A stretch of 63,857 bases of DNA, filler included, from Candidatus Rokuibacteriota bacterium (lineage in GTDB: Bacteria > JAUVQV01 > DATDCY01), in assembly GCA_031406795.1 (NCBI GenBank). It is 5 parts of 5 records of this genome, joined end to end, with 100 filler letters (N's around TTAATTAATTAA, not from the genome) between each part and the next. Parts side by side here need not be neighbours in the genome. Positions count along the whole stretch, not along the records: positions 27,788 to 49,164 come from JANOHV010000223.1; 4 more parts are not named here. One strand, written 5' to 3'. Below, piece by piece: positions 39,003-49,264 of this stretch (positions within the stretch are counted from its first letter, which is position 1; every line of letters starts with the position of its first letter). A program made the translations under genes and the position numbers. The notes beneath the pieces are model-generated. The model was not told the origin of the DNA. It worked only from the letters and a program-made list of their open reading frames with translations, and did no database searches.

Positions 39003-40329
39003 CCGATCCTGAAGCGCTTGGGGTGGAGTCGCGCTTGAAGAGCGCGACGGTTTCGGCGTGCGCCGTCTGGGGGAACAGATCGATCGGCCGCGCGGTGACC
39101 AGGCCATATCCCGCAGCGCCAAGGACGGCGGCATCGCGCGCGAGGGTCGCCGGGTCGCAGGACACGACGACGACGCGCTCCGGGCCGAGCGCGGGAATCG
39201 CCGCCACCGCCTCCCGCGCCCCGGTGCGCGGGGGATTGAGCAGTACGAGCGGGAAACGCCGCCCCGCTCCGGCCAGCGCGCGGACGGCGGCGCCGGCGTC
39301 ATCGCGGAAGAACGTCGCCGCGCGACCGAGGCGACGGGCGTTTTCCCGCGCCTGGGAAATCGCGTTGTCGTCGAGGTCGATGCCGGTCACCCGTCCGCCG
39401 CGGGCCGCCGCGGGGAGGGAGAGATTGCCGAGTCCGCAGCAGAGGTCGAGCACCTCCTCGCCCGCAGCGGGCGCCGCGAGTGCAATGGCCAGTTCGACGA
39501 GTCTCAGGTTCTGCCGGAGATTGACTTGCGTGAATGCCTCGCCCGTCGTGACCAGCGCATCGAATCCCGGTCCGAGAGCGAGCGGTTCCTCGCTGGCCGC
39601 GGTGAGGAGCCTCAGCCCGCGGGCCGCAGCCGCCTGCTCCAGGGTGCGCGCGGCCGCCCCCGCGAGCACCGCGGGTTCATCCCGCGCCCCGCGCAGCAGC
39701 ACTCGCGCCTTCGCGGCGTCCCAACCCGCGTCGATGCGCACTTCGTTGCAGCACGCAAACCCGGCCGGATGGCGACGGCCGGTTTCGGCCAGGGCGCCGA
39801 GCACTCCGTTCAGCGCCGGGCTCAGCACGGGACAGGACTCGATCGCCACCGTCTCGTGGGAACCGGCGCGGTAGAAGCCGAATACGGCAGCGCCGGCCCG
39901 CCCGGCCCGATGCAGCCGCGCCCGGTGCCGGTAGCCGAACTCGAGCGGGGAGGCGATGGTCGGGGCGATCGGCGGTGGGTCGAGACGACCGATGCGTCGC
40001 AGCGCGTCCTCGACGATCGAGCGTTTGGCGGCGAGCTGGGCAGGGTAGCTCAGGTGCTGCCAGTCGCAGCCGCCGCAGGCGCCGAAAGCCGGGCAGGGTG
40101 GGGCGGCGCGCCCGGGCCCGGGCGCGAGCACCCGCAGCACGCGCGCCCGGCACCAGGTCCGGCGCTCCTCGATGATCTCGATCTCGACCTGGTCGCCGGG
40201 GGCGGTTCGCGGCGCAAATACCACCTTGGCGCCGATGCGGCCTACCCCGTCGCCGCCGGCCGCGAGCCGGTCGATGCGCACGACCGGCGCGCCGGTGGTT
40301 GTGCTGGCGCTGCCTCCGGGTCTCGACAT
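38947..40329 (-). CDS. rlmD: 23S rRNA m5U methyltransferase RlmD/RumA family (TRAM domain)
   Basis: CP.FGACGGCDWQH, FTQVN, LNPPRTG, VSCDPATLARD, DLFPQTAHAE. Confidence 0.88.
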   Translation of the reverse strand: MSRPGGSASTTTGAPVVRIDRLAAGGDGVGRIGAKVVFAPRTAPGDQVEIEIIEERRTWCRARVLRVLAPGPGRAAPPCPAFGACGGCDWQHLSYPAQLAAKRSIVEDALRRIGRLDPPPIAPTIASPLEFGYRHRARLHRAGRAGAAVFGFYRAGSHETVAIESCPVLSPALNGVLGALAETGRRHPAGFACCNEVRIDAGWDAAKARVLLRGARDEPAVLAGAAARTLEQAAAARGLRLLTAASEEPLALGPGFDALVTTGEAFTQVNLRQNLRLVELAIALAAPAAGEEVLDLCCGLGNLSLPAAARGGRVTGIDLDDNAISQARENARRLGRAATFFRDDAGAAVRALAGAGRRFPLVLLNPPRTGAREAVAAIPALGPERVVVVSCDPATLARDAAVLGAAGYGLVTARPIDLFPQTAHAETVALFKRDSTPSASGSVTAPDSGSDGRAPSSARI

Positions 40330-40383
40330 GCCGGTATGGTAACCGAAGATGTTGGTATATGATGCCGACGGGAGGTTGGCGGG

Positions 40384-41226
40384 ATGATCGCGGATTCACG
40401 GTTGGTGCGCCTCGAGGAGAGCATCGGCGCTCTCGGCGGCTGTCTGGTCGCCTACTCCGGCGGCGTCGACAGCACCTTGTTGCTCGCCGTCGCCCGGCGG
40501 GCGCTCGGCGAACGCGTCGCCGCGGCCACGGTCCGCACGCCCTTTCTGGAGCGGGCGGAGGTCGATGACGCCCACCGCCGCGCCGTCGCGATCGGCGTGG
40601 CGCACGAGATCATCGACGTCGACCTCTCCGGGGCGCCCCAGGTGCTCGAAAATCCGCCGGACCGCTGCTATCACTGCAAAAGCCTCGTGTTCGCGGCCTT
40701 GCGGCGGCGCGCCGATGAACAGGGGCTTCCGGCCCTCCTCGACGCCACCCACGCCGACGATCTGCTGGAGCGCCGCCCCGGCGTGCGCGCCCTGCGGGAA
40801 CTCGGCGTGCTGAGTCCGCTCGCGGCCGCCGGCCTCGGCAAGGCCGACATCCGCGCGCTTTCGACTGCATTGGAGCTCGAGGGGGCCGACCGGCCCTCGA
40901 GCCCCTGCCTGGCGACGCGCATCCCCTACGGCGAGCTGATCACGCCGGAGCGGCTGCGCCGGGTCTCGGGCGCCGAGCACGTGTTGCGCGCCCTCGGGTT
41001 CGAGGGCACCCGGGTGCGCGACTACGGGGATCTGGCGCGGATCGAACTGCGGCCGGCCGACTTGGAGCGGGCCGCGGCCGGGCCGGTGCGGCGCGGGATC
41101 GTCGAGCCGCTTCGCAATCTCGGTTACCGCTTCGTGACGCTCGATCTGGCCGGCTACCGGTCGGGGAGCATGGACGAGGCGCTTTCGGCGGCGGACCGTG
41201 CGCTGCCCGCCCGGGAGAAGGCCTGA
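40384..41226 (+). CDS. larE: ATP-dependent sacrificial sulfur transferase LarE
   Basis: AYSGGVDS, NPPDRCYHCK, PCLATRIPYG, GYRSGSM. Confidence 0.9.
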   Translation: MIADSRLVRLEESIGALGGCLVAYSGGVDSTLLLAVARRALGERVAAATVRTPFLERAEVDDAHRRAVAIGVAHEIIDVDLSGAPQVLENPPDRCYHCKSLVFAALRRRADEQGLPALLDATHADDLLERRPGVRALRELGVLSPLAAAGLGKADIRALSTALELEGADRPSSPCLATRIPYGELITPERLRRVSGAEHVLRALGFEGTRVRDYGDLARIELRPADLERAAAGPVRRGIVEPLRNLGYRFVTLDLAGYRSGSMDEALSAADRALPAREKA

Positions 41227-41287
41227 TCGGCGCCTGGGGACTGATTTTAGCTCACGCCAAAGACGAAAAATACCTTGAAATTTCACA

Positions 41288-41359
41288 CGGGAGGGTCTGA
41301 AACCCTCACCTACAACCCGATCATAGTCAAAGGTGTAGGGGCGGGATTTATTCCCGCCC
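41288..41359. repeat. Diverged REP doublet
   Basis: CGGGAGGGTCTGAAACCCTCACCTACA ... TGTAGGGGCGGGATTTATTCCCGCCC. Confidence 0.7.
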
Positions 41360-41437
41360 AAACTATCGAACTGATTCCGTGCACGACTTGCTGGGGATGA
41401 ATCTAACAAACCGACGTCGCGCAACAGGAGGTTGTCC

Positions 41438-42352
41438 ATGACCCACGACTACGAAATCATCATCATCGGCGGCGGCCCGGCGGGGCTGACCGCGGGGATC
41501 TACGCGGCGCGCGCGCGCCGCAAGACCGTCTTGCTCGAAAAGCACGGGACCGGCGGGCAGATGGCCCTGACTTGGGAGGTGGAGAACTACCCCGGGATCG
41601 AGAAGATCAGCGGCTACGATCTTGGCCAGATCATGGAGCGCCAGGCGCGCGGATTCGGCCTCGAGATCCGCTCGGTCGAGGTGTCGGGCGTCGCGGCCGA
41701 CGGCCCGCTCCACCGGGTGAGCACGACGGAAGGCGATCTTACCTGCCGCTCGCTCGTGATCACCTCGGGCGCGCGGAGCAATCGCCTCGGGGTTCCCGGC
41801 GAGGCCGAGTTGACCGGTCGCGGCGTGTCGTATTGCGCGACGTGCGACGGCGCTTTTTACCAGGACGTGCCGGTTGCGGTGGTCGGCGGGGGCGACACCG
41901 CGCTCGAAGAGGCGCTCTTCCTCACGCGGTATGCCAGCCGCGTCTATCTCGTTCACCGCCGCAGCGAGTTCCGGGGGACGAAGCTGCTTCAGGAGCGCAT
42001 CGCGGCGAACCCGAAGATCGAGCCGGTGCTCGATGCGATCGTGGAAGGCATCGAGGGCAAGGACGGTGTGACCGGGCTGGTGCTCAAAAACGTCAAGAGC
42101 GGCGCCGCGAGCAGCCTCGCCGCCCAGGGGGCCTTCATCTTCGTCGGCACGACCCCGAACACGGAATTCCTGCGGGGTTTCCTGCCGCTTGACCCCAAGG
42201 GATTCATCGAGACGACGACGAACCTCGAGACGACGATTCCCGGGGTCTTCGCCGCCGGCGATGTCCGGGCCAAGGTGCTGCGTCAGATCTCGACTGCCGT
42301 CGGCGAGGGCGCGCTGGCCGCTACCATGGCCGATCACTTCATTTCACTTTAG
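41438..42352 (+). CDS. trxB: Thioredoxin-disulfide reductase
   Basis: GGGPAG, GVSYCATCDG, GGGDTA, FAAGDVR. Confidence 0.96.
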   Translation: MTHDYEIIIIGGGPAGLTAGIYAARARRKTVLLEKHGTGGQMALTWEVENYPGIEKISGYDLGQIMERQARGFGLEIRSVEVSGVAADGPLHRVSTTEGDLTCRSLVITSGARSNRLGVPGEAELTGRGVSYCATCDGAFYQDVPVAVVGGGDTALEEALFLTRYASRVYLVHRRSEFRGTKLLQERIAANPKIEPVLDAIVEGIEGKDGVTGLVLKNVKSGAASSLAAQGAFIFVGTTPNTEFLRGFLPLDPKGFIETTTNLETTIPGVFAAGDVRAKVLRQISTAVGEGALAATMADHFISL

Positions 42353-42394
42353 CACGCTGCGGAAACAAGCCTTGGGCAAACAGGCTGGGGGCCT

Positions 42395-43606
42395 GTGCAC
42401 TACGCGTGGGTGATCGTCGTCGGCGGGACGCTGACCACGTTCGCCGCGCTGGGCCTCGGCCGTTTCGCGCTCGGGATGCTCCTGCCGTCGATGGCCGCCG
42501 ACCTCCACCTGGGTTATGCCCGGATGGGGCTGATCGGCACCGCAAACTTTGTCGGCTACCTCATCGCCGTTCTCGTCAGCGGGATCGTCGCCTCGCGGGT
42601 TGGCCCGCGCCGGATGGTCGTCGGGGAGCTGCTGCTCGCCGGGATCTCGCTCGTCGGGGTCAGCCGTGCCGAATCCCTCGAGGCGCTGCTCGCCCTGTAC
42701 TTTCTCACCGGGCTGGGCAGCGGCGCGGCCAACGTGCCGATGATGTCGCTGGTCGCCGCGTGGTTCGGCAGCCGTGCGCGGGGCCGGGCGGCCGGCTTCA
42801 TCGTCAGCGGCAGCGGTTTCGCGATCCTCCTCACCGGGTGGCTGGTCCCGCTGCTCAATCTGCGACTGGGCGCCGCGGGGTGGCGCGCCAGCTGGCTGGT
42901 CATCGCCGGAGTCATGCTGTGCGTCGCGGCGATCAATGCCGCGATCCTGCGCGACCGGCCGGCCGACCTCGGGCTGGCGCCCCACGGCGGCGAGGCGGCG
43001 GCCTATCTGCCGCCGGCGCACCATCCGCGCGGCATCGGCGCCGTGCTGCGTCGCGGCGTCCTCTGGTATCTCGGGCTGCTCTACTTCCTCTTCGGCTTCA
43101 CGTACGTCATCGCGGCGACCTTCATGGTCACGGCCCTCGTGCGCGATCGCGGCTTCCCGGAGTCGGTGGCCGGGACGTTCTGGTCGACCGTCGGCGCGCT
43201 CAGCCTGCTCTCGGGTCCGATCTTCGGGACGCTCTCGGACCGGATCGGGCGCCGGGGCGGGCTGGCGATCGTCTTCGGGCTCCAGTCGCTCGCGTACGCG
43301 CTCTTCGCCTCGGGGCTGCCAGGCTGGTCGCTCGTGGTCGCCGTCGGGTGCTACGGGCTCACGGTCTGGAGCGTCCCCTCGATCATGACGGCGGTGGCCG
43401 CCGACCTGGCCGGGCCGCACAATGCCGCCGCCGCCTTCGGGTTCATCACCTTCATCTTCGGCCTCGGCCAGATGGCGGGGCCGGTTGCCGCCGGGGCGCT
43501 CGCGGAGGCTTCGGGGCATTTCGCGTCGAGCTTCGCGCTGGCCGCCGCCCTCGCCGGGCTCGCGGCCATCCTGTCGCTGTTGCTACGGGTGGCGGACCGG
43601 GTGTAG
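42395..43606 (+). CDS. MFS transporter (YbfB/YjiJ-like)
   Basis: 12 TM helices, GLGRFA, SDRIGRR. Confidence 0.9.
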   Translation: MHYAWVIVVGGTLTTFAALGLGRFALGMLLPSMAADLHLGYARMGLIGTANFVGYLIAVLVSGIVASRVGPRRMVVGELLLAGISLVGVSRAESLEALLALYFLTGLGSGAANVPMMSLVAAWFGSRARGRAAGFIVSGSGFAILLTGWLVPLLNLRLGAAGWRASWLVIAGVMLCVAAINAAILRDRPADLGLAPHGGEAAAYLPPAHHPRGIGAVLRRGVLWYLGLLYFLFGFTYVIAATFMVTALVRDRGFPESVAGTFWSTVGALSLLSGPIFGTLSDRIGRRGGLAIVFGLQSLAYALFASGLPGWSLVVAVGCYGLTVWSVPSIMTAVAADLAGPHNAAAAFGFITFIFGLGQMAGPVAAGALAEASGHFASSFALAAALAGLAAILSLLLRVADRV

Positions 43607-43628
43607 CGGATCGGCGAAAACCGTTCAT

Positions 43629-43843
43629 GGGCGGGGGTGAACCCCGCCCCTACGATGGGCGTTTGGATTGTTGTTCGGGCGGGGATGAACCCCGCCCCCT
43701 CGACGGGCGTTTGGATTGTTGTTCGGGCGGGGATGAACCCCGCCCCCACGGTGGACATTTGGATTGTTGTTCGGGCGGGGATGAACTCCGACCCCACGGT
43801 GAATGGTTCAAATCACTGTAGGGGAGGGGTTCACCCCCTCCCG
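43629..43843. repeat. Tandem REP array: 4 x 48-bp units plus a terminal inverted REP
   Basis: Units start 43629/43677/43725/43773: GGGCGGGGATGAACCCCGCCCC(T/C)AC + ..TTTGGATTGTTGTTC. Confidence 0.92.
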
Positions 43844-43852
43844 CCATCTCCC

Positions 43853-44350
43853 TCAAACCCAATCCCGCCGATCCGGCCACGTCCCCGACCCGGACCACCG
43901 GTACTTCGCCGCTTCCGCGACAATCCCCGACCTCACCGGGTTGCCGAAGACATATCGTGTCACGTCTACAAGCCGCTCCCCGTGCCTGGGCGCATGGTCG
44001 TGAAATCCGCGCTGCCAGAGCCGGCGGTGGGGATCGATGCGGCGCGCGCGAGGCGTCAGGCTCCCCTTGAAAACACGGACATAACCGGTCAGATCGGCAT
44101 CCTCCAGCAGGAAATGCACGTGGTCCGGCATGACACACCAGGCGTGCAGCGTGGTCTGGCGGGCGTCGGCGAGCCCGACAATTATTGCGGCGGCATCGTC
44201 TGCCAGGGTTGGATGCAGGGAGAACCAGGGGTGACGGTTGTCCGTGCAGATCGTGACGAGAAACACCCGTCCCGGGGCATGGTACGAGGCAGAATCAAGG
44301 CGGATTCGTTTGCGGTGAGGGGTGACGGATGTCGTCGAGCGCCTGGTCAT
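43853..44350 (-). mobile_element. REP-associated tyrosine transposase (RAYT, IS200-like Y1 HUH)
   Basis: VFLVTICT, WCVMPDHVHFLL (HUH), WQRGFHDH, RYVFGNPVRSG, YRWS; flanked by GTAG REPs. Confidence 0.92.
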
Positions 44351-44402
44351 GGACGAATGTAATGCAGGATTCGTTCCCTAGATGGATGGCATGCACTTCG
44401 GC

Positions 44403-44713
44403 GGGCGGGGATGAACCCCGCCCCTACGATGGACATTTGGATCGTTGTTCGGGCGGGGATGAACCCCGCCCCCACGGTGGACATTTGGATTGTTGTTCGG
44501 GCGGGGATGAACCCCGCCCCCACGGTGGGCATTTGGATTGTTGTTCGGGCGGGGATGAACCCCGCCCCCACGACGGGCGTTTGGATTGTTGTTCGGGCGG
44601 GGATGAACCCCGCCCCTACGATGGGCGTTTGGATTGTTGTTCGGGCGGGGATGAACCCCGCCCCTACGATGGAGGGTTCGAATCTCCGTAGGGGAGGGAT
44701 TCGATCCCTCCCG
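44403..44713. repeat. Tandem REP array: 6 x 48-bp units plus a terminal inverted REP
   Basis: Units start 44403, 44451, 44499, 44547, 44595, 44643; ends GTAGGGGAGGGATTCGATCCCTCCCG. Confidence 0.92.
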
Positions 44714-44824
44714 AGCGGCGGGGCGTCCGGCCGCGCCGAACGGTGACTCCGCGCGGGACAGGTCGCCGATCTTCGGTTATACTGTGCTGAAACAATGACC
44801 ACGGAACGACGAAGGGGTGACCCG

Positions 44825-46486
44825 ATGCGCAGCGACATGATGAAAAAAGGGATCGAAAAGGCTCCGCACCGCTCCCTGATGAAGGCCGTCGGTCTCATCG
44901 ACGAGGAGATCGCGCGCCCGCTCGTGGGCATCGCGAACTCCTGGAACGAGATCGTCCCCGGCCACACCCATCTGCGCGACCTGGTCGATGCGGTCAAGGC
45001 CGGCGTGCGCATGGCGGGGGGGACGCCGCTGGAGTTCGGCGTCATTGGCGCCTGCGATGGCCTCGCGATGAACCACCCCGGCATGAAGTACTCGCTCCCG
45101 AGCCGCGAGCTGATCGCGGATTCCGTCGAGGTCATGGTCACCGCCCAGCCTTTCGATGCGCTCGTGCTCGTCCCCAACTGCGACAAGATCATCCCCGGCA
45201 TGATCATGGCCGCGCTGCGCCTGAACATCCCGGCCATCGTGATCAGCGGCGGGCCGATGCTCGCCGGGCGCCAGGGCGGGAAGAAGATCGACCTGATCTC
45301 GGTCTTCGAGGGGGTCGGCGCGGTGAAGGCGAAGAAGATGGGCGCCCGGGAACTGGCCGAGATGGAGGACAACGCCTGCCCGACCTGCGGTTCCTGCTCG
45401 GGCATGTTCACCGCCAACTCGATGAACTGCCTGACGGAGGCGATCGGCCTCGGCCTGCCCGGCAACGGCACGATCCCCGCGGTGACCTCCGCGCGCCGCC
45501 GCCTGGCCAAGCACGCCGGGATGCAGGTCATGGAGCTGCTGCGCAAGAACATCCGTCCCCGCGACATCGTGACGAAAAAAGCCATGGCCAACGCCATCGC
45601 GGTCGATATGGCGCTCGGTGCCTCCTCGAACACGGTGCTGCACCTGCCCGCCATCGCGCACGAGGCCGGATTCACGCTTGAACTGGAGACTTTCAACAAA
45701 GTCAGCCGCACCGTGCGCCGGCTCTGTCACGTCTCGCCGGCCGGGCCGTGGCACCTCGAGGACATCGACGCCGCCGGCGGCATCCCGGCCGTGATGGCCG
45801 AACTGGCCAAGGGCGGGCAGATCAACCGCTCGACGATGACCGTGACCGGAAAGCGCACCGGGGCGCTGCTGAAGGAGGCTCGCCTGCGCGACCCCGAGGT
45901 CATCCGCCCCTGGGACAACCCCTTCGCGAAGGAGGGCGGCCTCGCGATCCTCTTCGGGAACCTTGCCCCCGCCGGCGCGGTCGTCAAGCAGTCCGGCGTC
46001 GCCCCCGACATGATGAAGCGCACGCTCACCGCGCACGTCTTCGAGAGCGAGGAGGAAGGCTCGGCCGCGATCCTCGGCGGAAAGATCAAGAAGGGCGAGG
46101 TCATCATCATCCGCTACGAAGGTCCGCGCGGCGGGCCCGGCATGCGCGAGATGCTCGCGCCGACCTCCGCGGTCGTCGGCATGGGCCTCGACCACGACGT
46201 CGCGCTGATCACCGACGGCCGCTTCTCCGGCGGCACGCGCGGCGCGGCCATCGGCCACGTCTCCCCGGAGGCGGCCGAGGGCGGGATGATCGCGCTGGTC
46301 AGGAACGGCGACCGCATCGAAATCGACATCCCCGGCCGTCGCCTCGAACTGCTGGTTCCCGAGGCCGAGCTTTCCGCGCGCCGCAAGAACTGGAAGGCGC
46401 CGAAGCCGAAGATCACCACCGGCTACCTGGCCCGCTACGCGCGCATGGTGCGGTCGGCGGGCACCGGCGCGATCCTGGAGGACTAG
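44825..46486 (+). CDS. ilvD: Dihydroxy-acid dehydratase
   Basis: [49 protein letters not shown]. Confidence 0.97.
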   Translation: MRSDMMKKGIEKAPHRSLMKAVGLIDEEIARPLVGIANSWNEIVPGHTHLRDLVDAVKAGVRMAGGTPLEFGVIGACDGLAMNHPGMKYSLPSRELIADSVEVMVTAQPFDALVLVPNCDKIIPGMIMAALRLNIPAIVISGGPMLAGRQGGKKIDLISVFEGVGAVKAKKMGARELAEMEDNACPTCGSCSGMFTANSMNCLTEAIGLGLPGNGTIPAVTSARRRLAKHAGMQVMELLRKNIRPRDIVTKKAMANAIAVDMALGASSNTVLHLPAIAHEAGFTLELETFNKVSRTVRRLCHVSPAGPWHLEDIDAAGGIPAVMAELAKGGQINRSTMTVTGKRTGALLKEARLRDPEVIRPWDNPFAKEGGLAILFGNLAPAGAVVKQSGVAPDMMKRTLTAHVFESEEEGSAAILGGKIKKGEVIIIRYEGPRGGPGMREMLAPTSAVVGMGLDHDVALITDGRFSGGTRGAAIGHVSPEAAEGGMIALVRNGDRIEIDIPGRRLELLVPEAELSARRKNWKAPKPKITTGYLARYARMVRSAGTGAILED

Positions 46487-46487
46487 C

Positions 46488-47096
46488 GTGACCGACCTCG
46501 TTGACGTGCAGGCCGCGCGTGATGAGCGCAAGCTTGTCGAAGGCTGCCGCCGCGGCGACTTCGACTGCTTCGAGCGGCTCATGGCCCGCTACGAGAAGAA
46601 GATCTACAACCTCGCCCTGCGGATGCTGCGCGACCCGGACGACGCGCGCGAGATCCTCCAGGAGACCTTCCTCAAGGTCTACGACAACCTCGAGAAATTC
46701 CGCGGCGAGGCGCAGCTCTCGACCTGGATCTACCGCATCGCGATGAACGAGGCGCTGATGCGCATCCGCAAGGACACGCACCGGCCGCGCTCGCTCGAGA
46801 TCGTCGACGAGGACGGCGAGCGCCGCGAGATCGACGTCGCGGACTGGAAGCCGCGGCCCGTCGACCGCGCGCTGACCAAGGAACTCGGCGGCGAGCTCGA
46901 CCGCGCTGTCGCGCTGCTGCCGGAGGACTATCGCGGGGCTTTCCTGCTGCGCGACATCGAGGGGCTCTCCAACGAGCAGATCGCCAAGGCGATGAAGCTC
47001 TCGGTCCCGGCGGTCAAGTCGCGGATACACCGGGCGCGGGTCTTCCTGCGCAACGAGCTGGCAACGTATTTCGCGAAAGGCCGCCGTGACAACTAA
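46488..47096 (+). CDS. ECF RNA polymerase sigma factor
   Basis: DAREILQETFL, STWIYRIAMN, VKSRIHRAR. Confidence 0.93.
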   Translation: MTDLVDVQAARDERKLVEGCRRGDFDCFERLMARYEKKIYNLALRMLRDPDDAREILQETFLKVYDNLEKFRGEAQLSTWIYRIAMNEALMRIRKDTHRPRSLEIVDEDGERREIDVADWKPRPVDRALTKELGGELDRAVALLPEDYRGAFLLRDIEGLSNEQIAKAMKLSVPAVKSRIHRARVFLRNELATYFAKGRRDN

Positions 47097-47448
47097 GCGC
47101 GTGAAGATCTGCAACACGCCCGAATGCCGCAGGATGCGCGAGCTGCTCTCGGACTTCATCGACCACTCGCTGCACTGGCGCACGGCCCGCAGCCTGGAGA
47201 CGCATCTGGCGGCCTGCCCGCCCTGCCGCTGCTACGTCGCGACCGTCGAGCGGACCATCGTGCTCTACCGCGAGCGCCCCGTTGTGGACGTGCCGGTCGC
47301 CGTGCGCGGACACCTGCGCGCGGTGCTGCGCGAGCGGCACGAGAGCGCGCCGAAGCAGCCCGCGGGGCGCTGCTGCGCCGGGAAGGCGGCCGTCAAGCGC
47401 GTCGTCCCGGCAGCGGCGCCCAAGCCGCGCGTCGCCGGGAAGGCATGA
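47086..47448 (+). CDS. Anti-sigma factor, zf-HC2 domain, soluble
   Basis: C...LSDFID...ETHLAACPPC (HxxxCxxC). Confidence 0.85.
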   Translation: MTTKRVKICNTPECRRMRELLSDFIDHSLHWRTARSLETHLAACPPCRCYVATVERTIVLYRERPVVDVPVAVRGHLRAVLRERHESAPKQPAGRCCAGKAAVKRVVPAAAPKPRVAGKA

Positions 47449-48428
47449 CCGGCGTCTCTCAGGAGTTGGCCGCCCTCGGCCTGGACCTCTGGGAGGGGCT
47501 GCGGCACATCTTCTGGTACTTCCTGGCCGGCATCATGCTGGCGGGCTGGATCCGGACCTACAAGTTCCACGTGCGCCTGCGCAAGCGGCTGCCGTCGCTT
47601 GGCGGCTGGGCGGTCTTCGTGGCGGTCGGCGTCGCGATCGTCAGCCCGCTGTGCGCCTGCGGCGTCCTGCCGATCATGGTCTCGCTGCTCACCGCCGGCA
47701 TGCCGCTGACCCCCTGCATGGCGCTGCTGGTGGCCTCCCCGCTGATGAGCCTCGAGGGGTACGCGGTCACCGCGGGGCTCCTCGGGACGACCTGGGCCAA
47801 CGCCAAGCTGGCGGCAGCGATCTTCATGGGGCTCTGGGCCGGGCTGGTCACGCACCTGGTCGCGCGCCGGGGCTTCGCCGTCGGGGAGATCTTCCGCGGG
47901 CCGCTCCCGGTCGGGGACATGCACGACCACGACTGCGACCCCCGCATCGCCTGCGACTGCCCGGACCGCTGGTCCAACCGTCTGGCCCGCAAGTATCCGA
48001 ACAAGTTCGTCATCTTCCTGGCCAAGTCCGCGGAGACCGGCTGGAAGGTCGGGCGGTTCATTCTCTTCGGGCTCGTGATCGAGGTCCTGGCGACCCGCTA
48101 CATCGACCCGGAGTGGATCGGCGCGGTCTTCGGGAGCACCCGCTGGTACACCACGGTCCTCGTGACGCTCGCGTCGGTGCCGCTGCACGTCAACCAGTTC
48201 ACGGCGGCCGGCATCCTCTACGGGCCGGTGAACCTGCTCGAGAAGATGGGGAGCACCGTCTCCTGGAGCAGCGGCATGGCCTTCCTGATCGGCGGCCCCG
48301 TGACGGCGCTGCCGGCGATCGCGGTCTTCCTCTCGCTCTTCAAGCCGCGCGTCTTCTGGCTCTATCTCGGGATCTGCCTCTCGGGGACGTTGATCGTCGC
48401 CTTCGCGGCGCAGTTCCTGCTCGGGTAG
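47445..48428 (+). CDS. Predicted permease (DUF318/ArsP-like)
   Basis: SPLCACGVLP, LVASPLM, AFLIGGP; ATGA coupling. Confidence 0.85.
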   Translation: MTGVSQELAALGLDLWEGLRHIFWYFLAGIMLAGWIRTYKFHVRLRKRLPSLGGWAVFVAVGVAIVSPLCACGVLPIMVSLLTAGMPLTPCMALLVASPLMSLEGYAVTAGLLGTTWANAKLAAAIFMGLWAGLVTHLVARRGFAVGEIFRGPLPVGDMHDHDCDPRIACDCPDRWSNRLARKYPNKFVIFLAKSAETGWKVGRFILFGLVIEVLATRYIDPEWIGAVFGSTRWYTTVLVTLASVPLHVNQFTAAGILYGPVNLLEKMGSTVSWSSGMAFLIGGPVTALPAIAVFLSLFKPRVFWLYLGICLSGTLIVAFAAQFLLG

Positions 48429-48529
48429 TCGCCCGGGCCGCCCCGCGCACTTGACGGCAGTGCCTTGCAGGGACTAATCTTCCGCTCTTCCGCAAGGGTC
48501 GCGGGTCGGCACGAGCAAAGGAGACGCAC

Positions 48530-48727
48530 ATGAAGGAACTCTCGGAGGGCGGGCTTGAGCAGCAGGGCGGTCATGTCGCAGTCTGGTACGATGCCCAGGA
48601 GGATACCGTCGTGATGCAGTGCGACTTCGTGGACCTGAACTTCTACCGGGACGACTTCATGGATCTGGTCGAGGTTCTCAAGGAAGCCGCCGACCGCCTG
48701 ATGCTCGAGAGCCCCGCGGAGCTGTAG
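48530..48727 (+). CDS. Small acidic hypothetical protein
   Basis: RBS AAGGAG; typical codon usage. Confidence 0.65.
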   Translation: MKELSEGGLEQQGGHVAVWYDAQEDTVVMQCDFVDLNFYRDDFMDLVEVLKEAADRLMLESPAEL

Positions 48728-48748
48728 CCGGCCGCTGAAAAGGGCCCC

Positions 48749-49087
48749 TCAGCACTCCATTTCCTCCTGGGTGTCGGCATTGAAGGCCCTGGCGCGCGTT
48801 CCCGGGGCGTTGCCGCGCAGCCCGTTCACCGCCCCGAGGGTCACCTCCGCCAGTTCCGGGGCGTCGTCGCGGCACTTGAGGTGGATCTGGATGCGCGGCG
48901 GGAAATCCAGCCGGGCCGTGAGATCCGGGAAGTAGGAACTCTTCCCCCAGACGACGTAGATCTTGATCGGGATGGTCGGGCTGGTGAACAACCCGCCCTG
49001 ATTGGACTCGAGAAAGCCGCAGGACTTCAGGATTGATGACGCTTCGGCGGTCGTCGCGTCGGAGTAGATAACTCGAGTCTGTCCCAT
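48749..49087 (-). CDS. Hypothetical protein
   Basis: ORF from ATG 49087 (MGQTRVIYSD...) with natural composition. Confidence 0.6.
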   Translation of the reverse strand: MGQTRVIYSDATTAEASSILKSCGFLESNQGGLFTSPTIPIKIYVVWGKSSYFPDLTARLDFPPRIQIHLKCRDDAPELAEVTLGAVNGLRGNAPGTRARAFNADTQEEMEC

Positions 49088-49164
49088 AGCCCTGATCGCA
49101 GCCCCCCTCGCCGACTGCGGACTATAATCCCTAGCACCCCGGGGCGCAAGTCCGGCGGGCACGC

Positions 49165-49264
49165 NNNNNNNNNNNNNNNNNNNNNNNNNNNNNNNNNNNN
49201 NNNNNNNNTTAATTAATTAANNNNNNNNNNNNNNNNNNNNNNNNNNNNNNNNNNNNNNNNNNNN
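49165..49264. other. Artificial contig linker
   Basis: N-run with TTAATTAATTAA. Confidence 0.99.

Noticed and set aside
43629-44713. CRISPR array
   Set aside because: The would-be spacers are near-identical 23-mers, the repeats are GTAG-type REPs around a RAYT, and no cas genes are present
43637-44746. Repeat-protein ORFs (MNPAPTMGVWIVVRAG)n and (CCSGGDEPRP)n
   Set aside because: By-products of the 48-bp period being a multiple of 3
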